The translations under genes and the position numbers were made by a program. Positions 1 through 10,403 of a stretch of DNA of 64,000 bases are shown here, piece after piece (within the stretch, counting starts at the first letter, position 1; each line of letters begins with the position of its first letter). Under the pieces are notes generated by a model. That model worked only from the letters and a program-made list of their open reading frames with translations. It was not told the origin of the DNA and searched no databases. The stretch spans positions 14,859 to 78,858 of the forward strand of contig CASFPB010000026.1 of the NCBI GenBank assembly GCA_949296605.1, written 5' to 3'. This stretch comes from an uncultured bacterium. GTDB taxonomy: Bacteria > Bacillota_I > Bacilli_A > RF39 > UBA660.

Positions 1-602
1 GCTATGCTTGTAAACAATTAGGTATAGAACTTGAAACATCTTCTGTCTCTCAAGCTAAAGGCTTAATAGAACGCACTAACGGCACTTTCCAAGGTAGATT
101 AGTTAATGAGTTAAAGCTGCAAGGTATCACTACCATTGAAGAAGCTAACAAGTATTTAACAGAAATTTTTGTCCCTGATTTCAACAAAAGATTTGCCATG
201 GATTATAAGAAGTTTTCTAGTGTATTTGAATTGTCCCCTTCTTTAGAAAAAATCAATTATACTCTTGCTGTTTTAACTCCTAGAAAAATAGATAACGGCA
301 ACTCTATTAAATATCAAAACAAGTACTATCAGCCATACCAAGGCAATAATTTAAAATGTTTTCTACCAAAAACAGAATGTTTGGTTATTAAAGCATATAA
401 TGGTCAATTACTAGTAACAATTGATGAACAAGTATATGAATTAAAAGAACTATCTAGAAATGAAATATTTTCTAAAGAATTTGATGAAATTATTGAAGTT
501 AAAGAAAAGAAAAAATATATTCCTCCAATGACTCATCCATGGAAAATAGAATATTTTAAAAAGCAATTAAAAAAAGCACATACAGAACATGTATATGCTT
601 AG
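1..602 (+). mobile_element. 3' portion of a DDE transposase (rve/integrase-core type). The reading frame is open from window position 3, so the gene begins upstream of the window.
   Basis: Frame of the 198..602 ORF has no stop back to nt 3. The translation ...LGIELETSSVSQAKGLIERTNGTFQGRLVNEL matches the IS481/IS3/IS21-like integrase-core signature around the catalytic Glu (LGI...T..SPQ.NGKVER.N.TL). A C-terminal extension of about 170 aa follows. Confidence 0.6.
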
Positions 603-939
603 GAAAATTTTATGCCGAGAAAACTTTTTACAAGTAAAGAAATATTTTTTACCTTAATGGAGTTTAATGATTATTATTTTCAGTTTTTGAAAATAATAAT
701 CAATTAAACAACTAAAAATCATTAAAAATATTTCTGCTTGTCAAAAGGAAATTGGAATAAATTTTTCCGTTAATGTTTTAAAAAAATTGAGACATTTTCC
801 TAAATTATTGACAATTAATGTTTGCCCATATTTACTTGAATTATACAACTTTTATATTTAAATATTTAAAAAAATTTTTGTCAATATTCTTTTATGTATT
901 TTAATTTAAAAATATGATAGAATATTTAATGCAAATGAG

Positions 940-3756
940 GTGGTAGAATTGTCTAATATAGATAAAATTGTTATTAAAGGAGCAAGAGAAAGTAATTTAA
1001 AAAATATTGATATAGAAATCCCTAAAAACAAACTTGTTGTAATGACTGGGGTATCTGGTAGTGGTAAGAGTAGTTTAGCTTTTGATACAATATATGCTGA
1101 AGGGCAACGCCGTTATGTAGAAAGTTTATCTGCTTATGCTAGACAATTTATTGGAATTAATGAAAAACCAGACGTTGATTCAATTGAAGGTTTAAGTCCA
1201 TCTATTTCAATAGATCAAAAATCTACTAATAAAAATCCTAGATCAACTGTTGGAACTATTACTGAAATATATGATTATTTACGTTTATTATTTGCTCGTA
1301 TTGGTGTTCCATATTGTCCTAATCATCATATTCCTATAACTAGTCAAAGTATAGAAGAAATGACTAATAAAGTCATGGAATTTGCTGGTAAAACTGTAAT
1401 GATTTTATCTCCGATTGTTCATGGGGAAAAGGGCACACATAAAGAGTTATTCGATGAACTTAGAAAAGAAGGTTATTCCAAAGTTCGAGTAAATGGTGTT
1501 ATTCAAAGTTTAAACGATGAAATAAAATTGGAAAAAAATATAAAAGATAATATTGATATAGTTATTGATAAAATTTGTATTGAAGATAGTGAAAGAAGTA
1601 GAGTTTTTGAAGCAATTGAACAAGCTACTAAAAAGGCTGATGGTAAAGTAGTAATTATTGTAGATAATGAAGAAATTTTGATGAGTGAAAAATATGCATG
1701 TGTAAAATGTAATTATTCTATACCTGAATTAGAGCCTAGAATCTTTTCATTTAATGCTCCATATGGAGCGTGTCCAGAATGTAAAGGCCTTGGAACAAAA
1801 CTTAAAATAAGCGAAGATTTGTTAATACCTAATTGGGATAAATCTATTATTGATGGAGCTATATCAGCTCTTAGTATGGATTCTACAACTTACTTCACAC
1901 AAATTGAAACAGTGTGTAAATATTATGGCATTGATATGACAATACCTATAAAAGATATACCTCGAGAAAAACTGGATTATGTTTTATATGGAACAAATGA
2001 ATTGTTAGAATTTAATTATGTATCTAAAAATGGAAATACTAGAAATACTAAGGGGACTTATGAAGGCGTAATTCCGGCATTAGAAAGAAGATATATTGAA
2101 ACTAAAAGCGGCTGGATAAGAGAATGGCTTGATGGCTATATGGTTGAAACTGAATGCCCTGTGTGTAAAGGAAAAAGATTGCAAAAATCAGTTTTATCTA
2201 TATATATCAATGATAAGAATATTTATGATATGACAAATATGTCAATTGGAGATTTATTATCTTTTTTAAAAAAGTTAAAATTAAGTGAAAGTGAAAAAGA
2301 AATAAGTGGACTTATATTAAAAGAAATTATATCTAGATTGGAATTTTTAAATAATGTAGGTTTATCATATTTAACTTTAACTAGAAGTGCTGGAACTTTG
2401 TCTGGTGGTGAAGCACAAAGAATAAGGTTAGCAACACAAATTGGTTCAAGATTATCTGGAGTTTTATATGTATTAGATGAACCAAGTATAGGTTTACATC
2501 AAAAAGATAATGAAAAATTAATTAATTCTTTAAAAGAAATGCGTGATTTAGGTAATTCATTAATTGTTGTAGAGCATGATACTGATACTATGCTTGCATC
2601 TGATTATTTAATAGATATTGGTCCTGGTGCTGGAGAGTTTGGAGGTCAAGTAATGGCTGCAGGAACTCCAGAAGAAGTTATGAAAAATCCTAATAGTTTA
2701 ACAGGAAAATATTTAAGTGGTATTGAAAAAATTGATGTTCCTAAAATAAGAAGAAAAGGCAATGGCTTGAAAATAAGTATTAAAGGTGCAAAGGAAAATA
2801 ATTTAAAGAATATAAATGTAGATATTCCTTTAAATAAATTAGTTGTTGTAACTGGTGTATCTGGTTCAGGTAAATCGTCTTTAATTAATGAAATACTTTA
2901 TAAAACATTAGCAAATAATTTATATAAAAGTAAAGTTGTTCCTGGTAAACATAAAGAAATATTAGGACTTGAAAACATAGATAAAGTTGTTCAAATCACC
3001 CAAGATGCTATTGGAAGAACTCCAAGAAGTAATCCAGCAACTTATGTTGGGGTTTTTGATGATATTAGAGATTTATTTGCTACTACTAAGGAAGCAAAAT
3101 TAAGAGGTTATGATAAAAGTCGTTTTTCTTTTAATGTAAAAGGAGGAAGATGTGAAAACTGTTGGGGTGATGGTGTAAAAAAAATTGAAATGCATTTTTT
3201 AGCTGATGTATATGTTCCATGTGATGTTTGTCATGGAAAAAGATATAATAAAGAAACTTTACAAATAAAATACAAAGGTAAAAATATAAGTGAAGTATTG
3301 GATATGCGTGTTAGTGAAGCCATAGAATTTTTTCAAAATGTTCCTAAAATATATAATAAACTTAAAGTAATGATGGATGTAGGTCTTTCATATATTAAAT
3401 TAGGTCAATCAGCACCAACTTTATCTGGTGGTGAGGCTGGTAGGGTTAAACTTGCTAAAGAGTTGCAAAAAAAAGCTACTGGTAAATCAATATTTATATT
3501 AGATGAACCAACTACTGGTTTACATACTGATGATATAAAAAAATTACTGGTTATTTTAAATAGAATTGTAGATAATGGGGATACTGTTATTGTAATTGAA
3601 CATAATTTAGATGTAATTAAAGTAGCAGATTATATAATAGATTTAGGCCCTGATGGTGGTAAAAATGGTGGGAAAGTTGTTACTGTTGGAACTCCTGAGG
3701 AAGTTGCTAATTGTTCTAAATCTTATACTGGTGAATTTTTAAAAAAAATATTATGA
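940..3756 (+). CDS. uvrA: Excinuclease ABC subunit A (UvrA). The true start may be TTG 949, downstream of the GAGGTGG RBS.
   Basis: 938 aa. Two ABC ATPase modules (GVSGSGKSSL twice, LSGGE signatures) and zinc-finger Cys pairs. N-terminus has IKGAREHNLKNI-like motif. Confidence 0.95.
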   Translation: MVELSNIDKIVIKGARESNLKNIDIEIPKNKLVVMTGVSGSGKSSLAFDTIYAEGQRRYVESLSAYARQFIGINEKPDVDSIEGLSPSISIDQKSTNKNPRSTVGTITEIYDYLRLLFARIGVPYCPNHHIPITSQSIEEMTNKVMEFAGKTVMILSPIVHGEKGTHKELFDELRKEGYSKVRVNGVIQSLNDEIKLEKNIKDNIDIVIDKICIEDSERSRVFEAIEQATKKADGKVVIIVDNEEILMSEKYACVKCNYSIPELEPRIFSFNAPYGACPECKGLGTKLKISEDLLIPNWDKSIIDGAISALSMDSTTYFTQIETVCKYYGIDMTIPIKDIPREKLDYVLYGTNELLEFNYVSKNGNTRNTKGTYEGVIPALERRYIETKSGWIREWLDGYMVETECPVCKGKRLQKSVLSIYINDKNIYDMTNMSIGDLLSFLKKLKLSESEKEISGLILKEIISRLEFLNNVGLSYLTLTRSAGTLSGGEAQRIRLATQIGSRLSGVLYVLDEPSIGLHQKDNEKLINSLKEMRDLGNSLIVVEHDTDTMLASDYLIDIGPGAGEFGGQVMAAGTPEEVMKNPNSLTGKYLSGIEKIDVPKIRRKGNGLKISIKGAKENNLKNINVDIPLNKLVVVTGVSGSGKSSLINEILYKTLANNLYKSKVVPGKHKEILGLENIDKVVQITQDAIGRTPRSNPATYVGVFDDIRDLFATTKEAKLRGYDKSRFSFNVKGGRCENCWGDGVKKIEMHFLADVYVPCDVCHGKRYNKETLQIKYKGKNISEVLDMRVSEAIEFFQNVPKIYNKLKVMMDVGLSYIKLGQSAPTLSGGEAGRVKLAKELQKKATGKSIFILDEPTTGLHTDDIKKLLVILNRIVDNGDTVIVIEHNLDVIKVADYIIDLGPDGGKNGGKVVTVGTPEEVANCSKSYTGEFLKKIL

Positions 3757-3789
3757 AATATGCTATAATTAATTATGTAAAATAATTGG

Positions 3790-4611
3790 ATGGTGATGCT
3801 TATGAGTCGTTATATATTAACAATTGGTAATTTTAACTTAGAGTGGTATTCTCTTTTAATAGTTATTGGAGCAACTTTGGGTATTTATATGATTCTAAAA
3901 GAAGCAAAACGTTATAAATATCCAACGGATTTCGTATTTAATTTGTGCTTTTGGACCATTATTATGGGTATAATAGGAGCAAGAGTTTATTATGTATTAT
4001 TTAATTTAAATCTTTATTCTAATTTTTTAGATATATTTAAAATTTGGGAAGGCGGACTTGCAATCCATGGAGGAATAATTTTTGGTCTAATTACTTGTAT
4101 AATTTATTGTAAAAAATACAATATTAGAACTATAAGAATGTTAGATTTTATTGTTCCTTCTTTATTACTTGCTCAAGCAATAGGAAGATGGGGAAATTTT
4201 TTTAATCAAGAAGCTCATGGTGCTGTAACTAGTTTGCAACATTTACAAAATCTTCATATTCCTCAATTCATAATTGATGGTATGAATATTGGTGGAGTTT
4301 ATTATGAACCAACATTTTTTTATGAATCGCTATGGTGTATAATTGGATTTATTTTAATTTTAATAATTAGAAGAATTAAAATAACTAAGGTTGGTCAAGT
4401 AACTGCATTATATTTAATGTGGTATGGTTTAGGAAGATTTTTTATAGAATCTATGAGAACCGATTCATTAATGTTAGGTGGCTTTAAAATGGCACAAATA
4501 GTATCAATTATAATGATTGTAATTGGTGTATTAATTGTAATGATTACAAGTAGAAAAGGTCGTTATGAGGATTTATATAATCAAGATGTTGAGGAAACAG
4601 TTAGATTTTAA
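3790..4611 (+). CDS. lgt: Prolipoprotein diacylglyceryl transferase (start may be ATG 3796 or 3802)
   Basis: 273 aa polytopic membrane protein with the Lgt signature region (GGLAIHGG, GRWGNFFNQE, ESMRTDSL). Conserved uvrA-lgt-trxB neighbourhood. Confidence 0.9.
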   Translation: MVMLMSRYILTIGNFNLEWYSLLIVIGATLGIYMILKEAKRYKYPTDFVFNLCFWTIIMGIIGARVYYVLFNLNLYSNFLDIFKIWEGGLAIHGGIIFGLITCIIYCKKYNIRTIRMLDFIVPSLLLAQAIGRWGNFFNQEAHGAVTSLQHLQNLHIPQFIIDGMNIGGVYYEPTFFYESLWCIIGFILILIIRRIKITKVGQVTALYLMWYGLGRFFIESMRTDSLMLGGFKMAQIVSIIMIVIGVLIVMITSRKGRYEDLYNQDVEETVRF

Positions 4612-4623
4612 AGGAGAAATAAT

Positions 4624-5502
4624 ATGTATGATATTATAATTATAGGTATGGGTATTAGTGGAATTACTGCTGCTATTTACGCTAAAAGAAGTAATAAAAA
4701 GGTTTTAATCATTGATAAAGGTATGCCTGGAGGATTATTAAATAGCATAGATAAGATTAGTAATTATCCAGGACTTATTGATATTACTGGGCCAGATTTT
4801 GCTCAAAAATTATTAGAACAGGTAGAATCATTTGATATACCATATGTCTTAGAAGAAGTTGTAAATTTAGATTTAGATATGGAAGAAAAGATTATTAAAA
4901 CTACAAATAATGAATATAAATCTAAAAAAGTTATATTAGCTATGGGTAGAAAACCAAAATATTTAGGTTTAGATAATGAAAAAGATTTATTAGGTCATGG
5001 CTTATCAACTTGTGCTATGTGTGATGCCTTTTTTTATAAAGATAAAGATATAGCTGTTGTTGGAACTGGTAACAGTGCTTTACAAGAAACAATGTATTTA
5101 TCCAATATTGCTAATAAAATTTATTTAATAAATCGTCGAGATGGATTTCGGGGAGAAGAAATGCTTGTTGAAGAAGTTAAAAATAATCCTAAAGTTGAAA
5201 TAATTTATAATGCCAATATAAAAAATATGAATGAGGTTGATGGCAAATTAAAATCTATTACTTTAGATAATGGTAAATCTATCGATGTTTCTGGTGTATT
5301 TATTTATATTGGTTATAGACCAGCAACTGAAATCGTAGATAAGAAAATATTAGATGAAAATGGTTACGTTATAGTAAATGAAAATTTAGAAACTCCGATT
5401 AAAAATGTATATGCAATTGGGGATGTAATTAAAAAGGATGTTTATCAATTAGTAACTGCTACATCAGATGGTGCTAGAGTTATTTATAATATGAAAAGTT
5501 AG
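4624..5502 (+). CDS. trxB: Thioredoxin-disulfide reductase
   Basis: N-terminal FAD-binding GxGxxG (IIIGMGISG), redox-active CAMCD matching the CAVCD/CATCD motif, NAD(P)H-binding GTGNSALQE. Strong RBS AAAGGAG. Confidence 0.85.
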   Translation: MYDIIIIGMGISGITAAIYAKRSNKKVLIIDKGMPGGLLNSIDKISNYPGLIDITGPDFAQKLLEQVESFDIPYVLEEVVNLDLDMEEKIIKTTNNEYKSKKVILAMGRKPKYLGLDNEKDLLGHGLSTCAMCDAFFYKDKDIAVVGTGNSALQETMYLSNIANKIYLINRRDGFRGEEMLVEEVKNNPKVEIIYNANIKNMNEVDGKLKSITLDNGKSIDVSGVFIYIGYRPATEIVDKKILDENGYVIVNENLETPIKNVYAIGDVIKKDVYQLVTATSDGARVIYNMKS

Positions 5503-5524
5503 AATTATTTAAAAATTTAGTTAA

Positions 5525-5557
5525 ATAAGCTTGTTAAATAAAAAAAGCTTATTTTTT
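5525..5557 (+). terminator. Rho-independent terminator after trxB
   Basis: ataagctt...aagcttat stem followed by TTTTT. Confidence 0.7.
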
Positions 5558-5633
5558 AATTTATAAAATGTATAATTGATTGCTTTTAAAATTTATGATA
5601 TAGTATGCCTTAATAAAAAGGGAGGCATTATAT

Positions 5634-6506
5634 ATGGAATCACATAAAATAAATCCTAAACTAGCAATTTTAATGCATACACTATATGCTAAAATACTAT
5701 TCCAAGTAACGGAATATCAAAAAGAATTACTTGAAGATAAATAATATATTTTTGCACCAAATCATACAAATAATTTAGATGGTTATATTATTTGGTCTTT
5801 ATTAGCTAAAGATTATGACATTGATACATTTATGTATAAAGAATTTTGTGATAATTTTTCTACAATTGCTAAATTGTTGCCATATTTCAATGTTTATCCT
5901 ATTACAAAAGATTCTGTTAAAATAGATGAAATTTTAAATGAAATAAGAAAATTAAGAAATCCTAATCATTTTTTAATAATTTTTCCCCAAGGAAGACATG
6001 TTGATCCAGAAGTTATGTTAAATTTTAAAGATTATCATTTAAATACTATTCCTTTTGGTGCTTTTTATATTGCTGTAAAAGCTTCTAAAAAATTAGGCCA
6101 AAATAATTTAGTCATTTATGGAAATCCGCTTGATCCACAAGATTTTTCATTATTTTCAAAAGGAAAAATACAAAAAGAAAATTTAATTATGTTTGCAAAT
6201 GCGTGGTTAGATGAAATAATCAGATTATATAAAAATGCAAAACAATTAAAAGGGGAAAAATTACATCCTTATGTTATTGAGTCAAGTTATACAGATGCTA
6301 CTTGTTTAGATTATGGATTGTTAGAAGACCCTAATATTGCTATTAATTTTAAAGAGATAATTTTTGCTTTAATAGAAATCTCTAAAAAGACCGGTATAAC
6401 TGATATTGATGAACTAGGTAAAATTGCAAATATTAGTGAAGAAGATATTTTGGCAATTTCAAGTTTAAGAGATATTTATGAAAAGCGATTAGTAAGGTGT
6501 CGTTAA
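5634..6506 (+). pseudogene. PlsC-type (lysophospholipid) acyltransferase interrupted by a single in-frame TAA at 5742-5744
   Basis: Strong RBS AAAGGGAGG, then ATG 5634. The product MESHKINPKLAILMHTLYAKILFQVTEYQKELLEDK reaches TAA at 5742-5744 and continues in the same frame (5832 is in frame with 5634) as YIFAPNHTNNLDGYIIW... The HxxxxD acyltransferase motif (NHTNNLD) lies after the stop and before the next Met (5832), so neither piece is a complete enzyme. Confidence 0.7.
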
Positions 6507-6567
6507 ATTTTTTAAATTTGTTTTTTATAAAAAAATATGGTAATATATCATTTATGGTGCAGGGGTT

Positions 6568-8271
6568 ATGAAAGAAAATACTAATTTAAAGATATTATGC
6601 TTGTTAATTATAATTTTAATTGGAGTTTTATGTTGGGTTAATTATGATAACTTTTTTATAAACAATAAAGAAGAATATTCAAATTATGCTTTATCAACTT
6701 ATGAAATTGATGTTTCAAATTTTAATTTTGTTAATAAAGTTATTAATAATGAAAAAGTTTATTTATTATATAATTTGGATGATTATTTTTTAGTTAAAGA
6801 AATAGATATTTTAAACAATAAAGTTAATAATTATTCAAAAGCTTTAAATAAAGATTGTAAATTACAAAATGAAGATAATTATCCTTATATTTATTGTAGT
6901 GATAATAATTATGTAACTATTTATGATATAAAATTTAATAAATTAATTAATCAAAGTATTAAAAGCAATTATAACTATGTAATTAATATTGATGGAAGTA
7001 ATTTAAGTTTTGAAATTGGAGATTATAATTATAGTTATCAGTATATTAATGGTTATTATAAAAATACTATAAAAAAATATGTTGAGTTAGAAACACCATA
7101 TACTAAGGATATATTTTGTGATGATTATTGTTTATATATAAGATATAATGATTTAAATCAATTAATTAGTTTATATGATGATACTAATCTTTTAGAAACT
7201 AATATTAGTAATTATGGTTTATTTGAAAAAGGAATTTTTACTTATAATGAAAATAAAATTAAGATACATGATGTAGTAAATGATGAATATAAAGAATTTA
7301 ATAGTCCAATCAATAACTTATCTAATAAATTAATTACTTTGGGAACTAATTATTATTTATATGTTTTAAATGGTAATAAAATAAATGTATATAATTTATA
7401 TACAGACGAAATTATTGAAAATATAACTTTAAATACAGATTATAATATAAATGAGATTGTAGTTAATTATAATAATTTATATGTATTTACTGATAGTTTA
7501 TTATATGTATATGATATTTTTAATATTGAAGGCAATAATGTTGAAAGTTCATTTGTTTATGAAGAAAGATTGATTAATGATAAAATAAATGAATATAAAA
7601 ATAATTACGGTGTTTATATAAATATTTATGATGATCCTAGTTATTTGGATGATCAATATAATGTGTATAAATTAAATAACTATAATGATATTATTAATGC
7701 TTTAGAAGAGTTAGAAGATTATTTTAAAATATTTAATTATGATTTTTTTAATAGATTTAATAAAAATAATTTTAATGGGTTTGAAATATATTTCGTTAGT
7801 GGAATTAATGTGAATAATTCTAATTACAATAGTGTAGATGTAGTTGGTTTATTTACTTTAAAAAATAATAAATATATCATAGCTATAGATGTAAGTGATA
7901 TTGAAGATATTAAAACTATTGCTTGTCATGAAACTATGCATGCAATAGAATATTATTTAAATAATAATAAGATTTATTTTAATGAATGGAATAGTTATAA
8001 TCCAAATGATTTTTCGTATAATGGGGTATATTATACAAATCGAAGTTTTTATGATACTTTAGATTCTTATAAGTTTAATGAGGATGTTTATTTTATAGAT
8101 AACTATGCAAGAAGTAATGTTTTAGAAGATAGAGCAAGAACTTTTGAAACAATATGTAGAGGGGAAGATTATAGTAAATATCCTAATCTTAATGCTAAAA
8201 TTGATTATTTAAAAAGTGTTATATTATCTAATTTTCCAGAGTTATATTTTTCAAGTTATTTTAATAATTAA
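6568..8271 (+). CDS. Membrane-anchored, Asn/Tyr-rich hypothetical protein with an HExxH motif (putative zinc metallopeptidase-like)
   Basis: 567 aa with N-terminal TM (LKILCLLIIILIGVLCW). HExxH within IACHETMHAIEYY near residue 455. Low-complexity N/Y-rich sequence elsewhere. Confidence 0.5.
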   Translation: MKENTNLKILCLLIIILIGVLCWVNYDNFFINNKEEYSNYALSTYEIDVSNFNFVNKVINNEKVYLLYNLDDYFLVKEIDILNNKVNNYSKALNKDCKLQNEDNYPYIYCSDNNYVTIYDIKFNKLINQSIKSNYNYVINIDGSNLSFEIGDYNYSYQYINGYYKNTIKKYVELETPYTKDIFCDDYCLYIRYNDLNQLISLYDDTNLLETNISNYGLFEKGIFTYNENKIKIHDVVNDEYKEFNSPINNLSNKLITLGTNYYLYVLNGNKINVYNLYTDEIIENITLNTDYNINEIVVNYNNLYVFTDSLLYVYDIFNIEGNNVESSFVYEERLINDKINEYKNNYGVYINIYDDPSYLDDQYNVYKLNNYNDIINALEELEDYFKIFNYDFFNRFNKNNFNGFEIYFVSGINVNNSNYNSVDVVGLFTLKNNKYIIAIDVSDIEDIKTIACHETMHAIEYYLNNNKIYFNEWNSYNPNDFSYNGVYYTNRSFYDTLDSYKFNEDVYFIDNYARSNVLEDRARTFETICRGEDYSKYPNLNAKIDYLKSVILSNFPELYFSSYFNN

Positions 8272-8306
8272 TTTTTATATACATAAATTTAAATTAAGTG
8301 ATATTT

Positions 8307-8534
8307 ATGTTTAATAAAAAATATAAAAAAGGATACAAAAATGGATTTTTAGATGGAATTATATGGATGAGTGATTTTTTAAAATTTTGTAATTATGATG
8401 AAATGTTAGTTTATTTGAAAGATATTAACAATAATTTAAATTATTATTCTAAAGAATTTAAAATGTCTAAAAATGATTTAAAAAGAAATGTTAAAGTTTT
8501 AATTTATTCTCTTAAATATTTTTTTGAGGAATAA
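8307..8534 (+). CDS. Small hypothetical protein
   Basis: ORF only, weak RBS. No recognisable motif. Confidence 0.3.
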   Translation: MFNKKYKKGYKNGFLDGIIWMSDFLKFCNYDEMLVYLKDINNNLNYYSKEFKMSKNDLKRNVKVLIYSLKYFFEE

Positions 8535-8582
8535 TGGACAATTTTTTTATAGTTTGATAAAATATGGGTGGAGTTGAATGTT

Positions 8583-10001
8583 ATGAAAGTTAGAACACGT
8601 TTTGCACCTAGTCCAACTGGATATATGCATATTGGAAATTTAAGAACTGCTATATTTGAATATTTACTTGCTAAAAAATATAATGGTAGTTTTATTTTAA
8701 GAATTGAAGATACTGATCAAGAAAGACAAGTAGACGGTGCAATAGAATTTATATATAAAACATTAAGTTTATGCGGTTTTAAAATAGATGAAGGGCCAAT
8801 GAATGATAAAGGATATGGGCCATATATTCAAAGTGAAAGAAAAGAAATATATAAAAAATATGCGTTAGAGTTAGTTGAAATGGGTAAGGCTTATTATTGT
8901 TTTTGCACTGAAGATGAACTTGAGGAAATGCGTAAAAAAGCAGAAATGCGCAAAAGACCTTTTCATTATGATGGACGCTGTTCTAGGTTAAGTAAAGAGA
9001 AAATAAAAGAAAATTTAGCTAATAATGTTCCTTATGTTATTAGGCAAAAAATGCCTAAGACTGGTGTTACTGAAGTTGATGATATAGTTTATGGTAAAGT
9101 AAAAATTGATAATAGTATTTTGGATGATCAAATATTGCTTAAAAGTGATGGTTTTCCAACATATAACTTTGCTAATGTTATTGATGATCATTTAATGGAA
9201 ATTACTCATGTAATAAGAGGTAAAGAATATTTAGATCAAACTGCTAAATATAATTTGTTGTATGAAGCATTTGGTTGGGAAAAACCTATTTATGCTCATG
9301 TTGCAATGGTCTTAGGTGAAGATGGCAATAAGTTATCTAAGCGTAATGGTGATGCATCTTTTATGGATTTATACAATGTTGGTTATTTACCTGATGCCAT
9401 TGTTAATTATTTATGTTTGCTTGGATGGAGCCCTAGTATAAATCAAGAAGTATTTACTTTAGATGAATTAATTAAAAATTTTGATGAAAATAGAATAAGT
9501 AAGTCTTCAAGTCAATATGATATAATGAAACTTAGATGGTTTAATGCTCAATATATTAAAAAAATGCCAGATGATGAATATTTAGAATGGGTAAAACAAT
9601 ATTTTAAAAGAGATGTTAGTAATAAATCTGTTGATTGGATAAACAAATTGTTATTAATTTATAAAAATCATTTAAATTATGGTGAAGAAATAAATGAACT
9701 AACTGAACACTTTTTTATCGATAAAATAGAGTTAAATACTGAAGCTAAAGAATTTATGGAAAGTGATTCAATAATAGGTGATGTTATTAAATCATTTAAA
9801 GATGAAGTTTTAAATATTAACGAATGGAATATAGAAAATATTAACAATGCAATAAATAATGTTAAAAATAATTTAGGAGTAAAGGGTAAATTACTATATA
9901 TGCCAATTAGAATTAAAGCAAGTGGATTTATGCATGGACCAGAACTTGCAGATACATTATATTTAATTGGTAAGGATGTAATTGTTGAAAGATTGAAATG
10001 A
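8583..10001 (+). CDS. gltX: Glutamate--tRNA ligase
   Basis: HIGH motif (PSPTGYMHIGNLRTA) and KLSKR (KMSKS-type) motif. Start chosen at ATG 8583 after a GGTGGAG RBS (ORF opens at 8568). Confidence 0.93.
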   Translation: MKVRTRFAPSPTGYMHIGNLRTAIFEYLLAKKYNGSFILRIEDTDQERQVDGAIEFIYKTLSLCGFKIDEGPMNDKGYGPYIQSERKEIYKKYALELVEMGKAYYCFCTEDELEEMRKKAEMRKRPFHYDGRCSRLSKEKIKENLANNVPYVIRQKMPKTGVTEVDDIVYGKVKIDNSILDDQILLKSDGFPTYNFANVIDDHLMEITHVIRGKEYLDQTAKYNLLYEAFGWEKPIYAHVAMVLGEDGNKLSKRNGDASFMDLYNVGYLPDAIVNYLCLLGWSPSINQEVFTLDELIKNFDENRISKSSSQYDIMKLRWFNAQYIKKMPDDEYLEWVKQYFKRDVSNKSVDWINKLLLIYKNHLNYGEEINELTEHFFIDKIELNTEAKEFMESDSIIGDVIKSFKDEVLNINEWNIENINNAINNVKNNLGVKGKLLYMPIRIKASGFMHGPELADTLYLIGKDVIVERLK

Positions 10002-10396
10002 AAAAAATAAGAAGAATTTTAGTAGGGGTTATAATATTAGGTTTGTTAGGATTTGGAATATATAAATTTTTTATAGACGTTGAAAAGTATAATACTACTT
10101 ATGATAAATATTTTACATTAGAAGAAATGGACTATGCAGTTGTAGATGATGAGGTTATTGTAAAATTAATAAATATAAAAGATGATCGATGTTTGGATGT
10201 ATCATGTGACAGAGAAGGTCAATTTATAGTAAAGTTGTTGTTAATTAATCAACATAAGTTTACATTTGTAGATTTAGGAACACTTGAACCAACCTTAGTT
10301 GAGTTAGATAAAATTAGTTTAGAATATACACTTGAATTAATAAGAGTTAATGATGATGGTAAAAGTGCTACTTTAAGAATAAATAAAAATAGTTAG
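9998..10396 (+). CDS. Small membrane-anchored hypothetical protein
   Basis: 132 aa with N-terminal TM (ILVGVIILGLLGFGIY). ATGA overlap with the gltX stop. Confidence 0.55.
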   Translation: MKKIRRILVGVIILGLLGFGIYKFFIDVEKYNTTYDKYFTLEEMDYAVVDDEVIVKLINIKDDRCLDVSCDREGQFIVKLLLINQHKFTFVDLGTLEPTLVELDKISLEYTLELIRVNDDGKSATLRINKNS

Positions 10397-10403
10397 GAGA
10401 ATT

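Noticed and set aside
198-602. Stand-alone 134-aa ORF as given in the ORF track
   Set aside because: The frame is open upstream to nt 3 and encodes a transposase catalytic region, so the ATG at 198 is internal.
560-940. LexA (Cheo-box GAAC-N4-GTTC) operators upstream of uvrA and uvrB
   Set aside because: Only a half-site-like GAACATGT near 588 was seen. No full GAAC-N4-GTTC in either upstream region.
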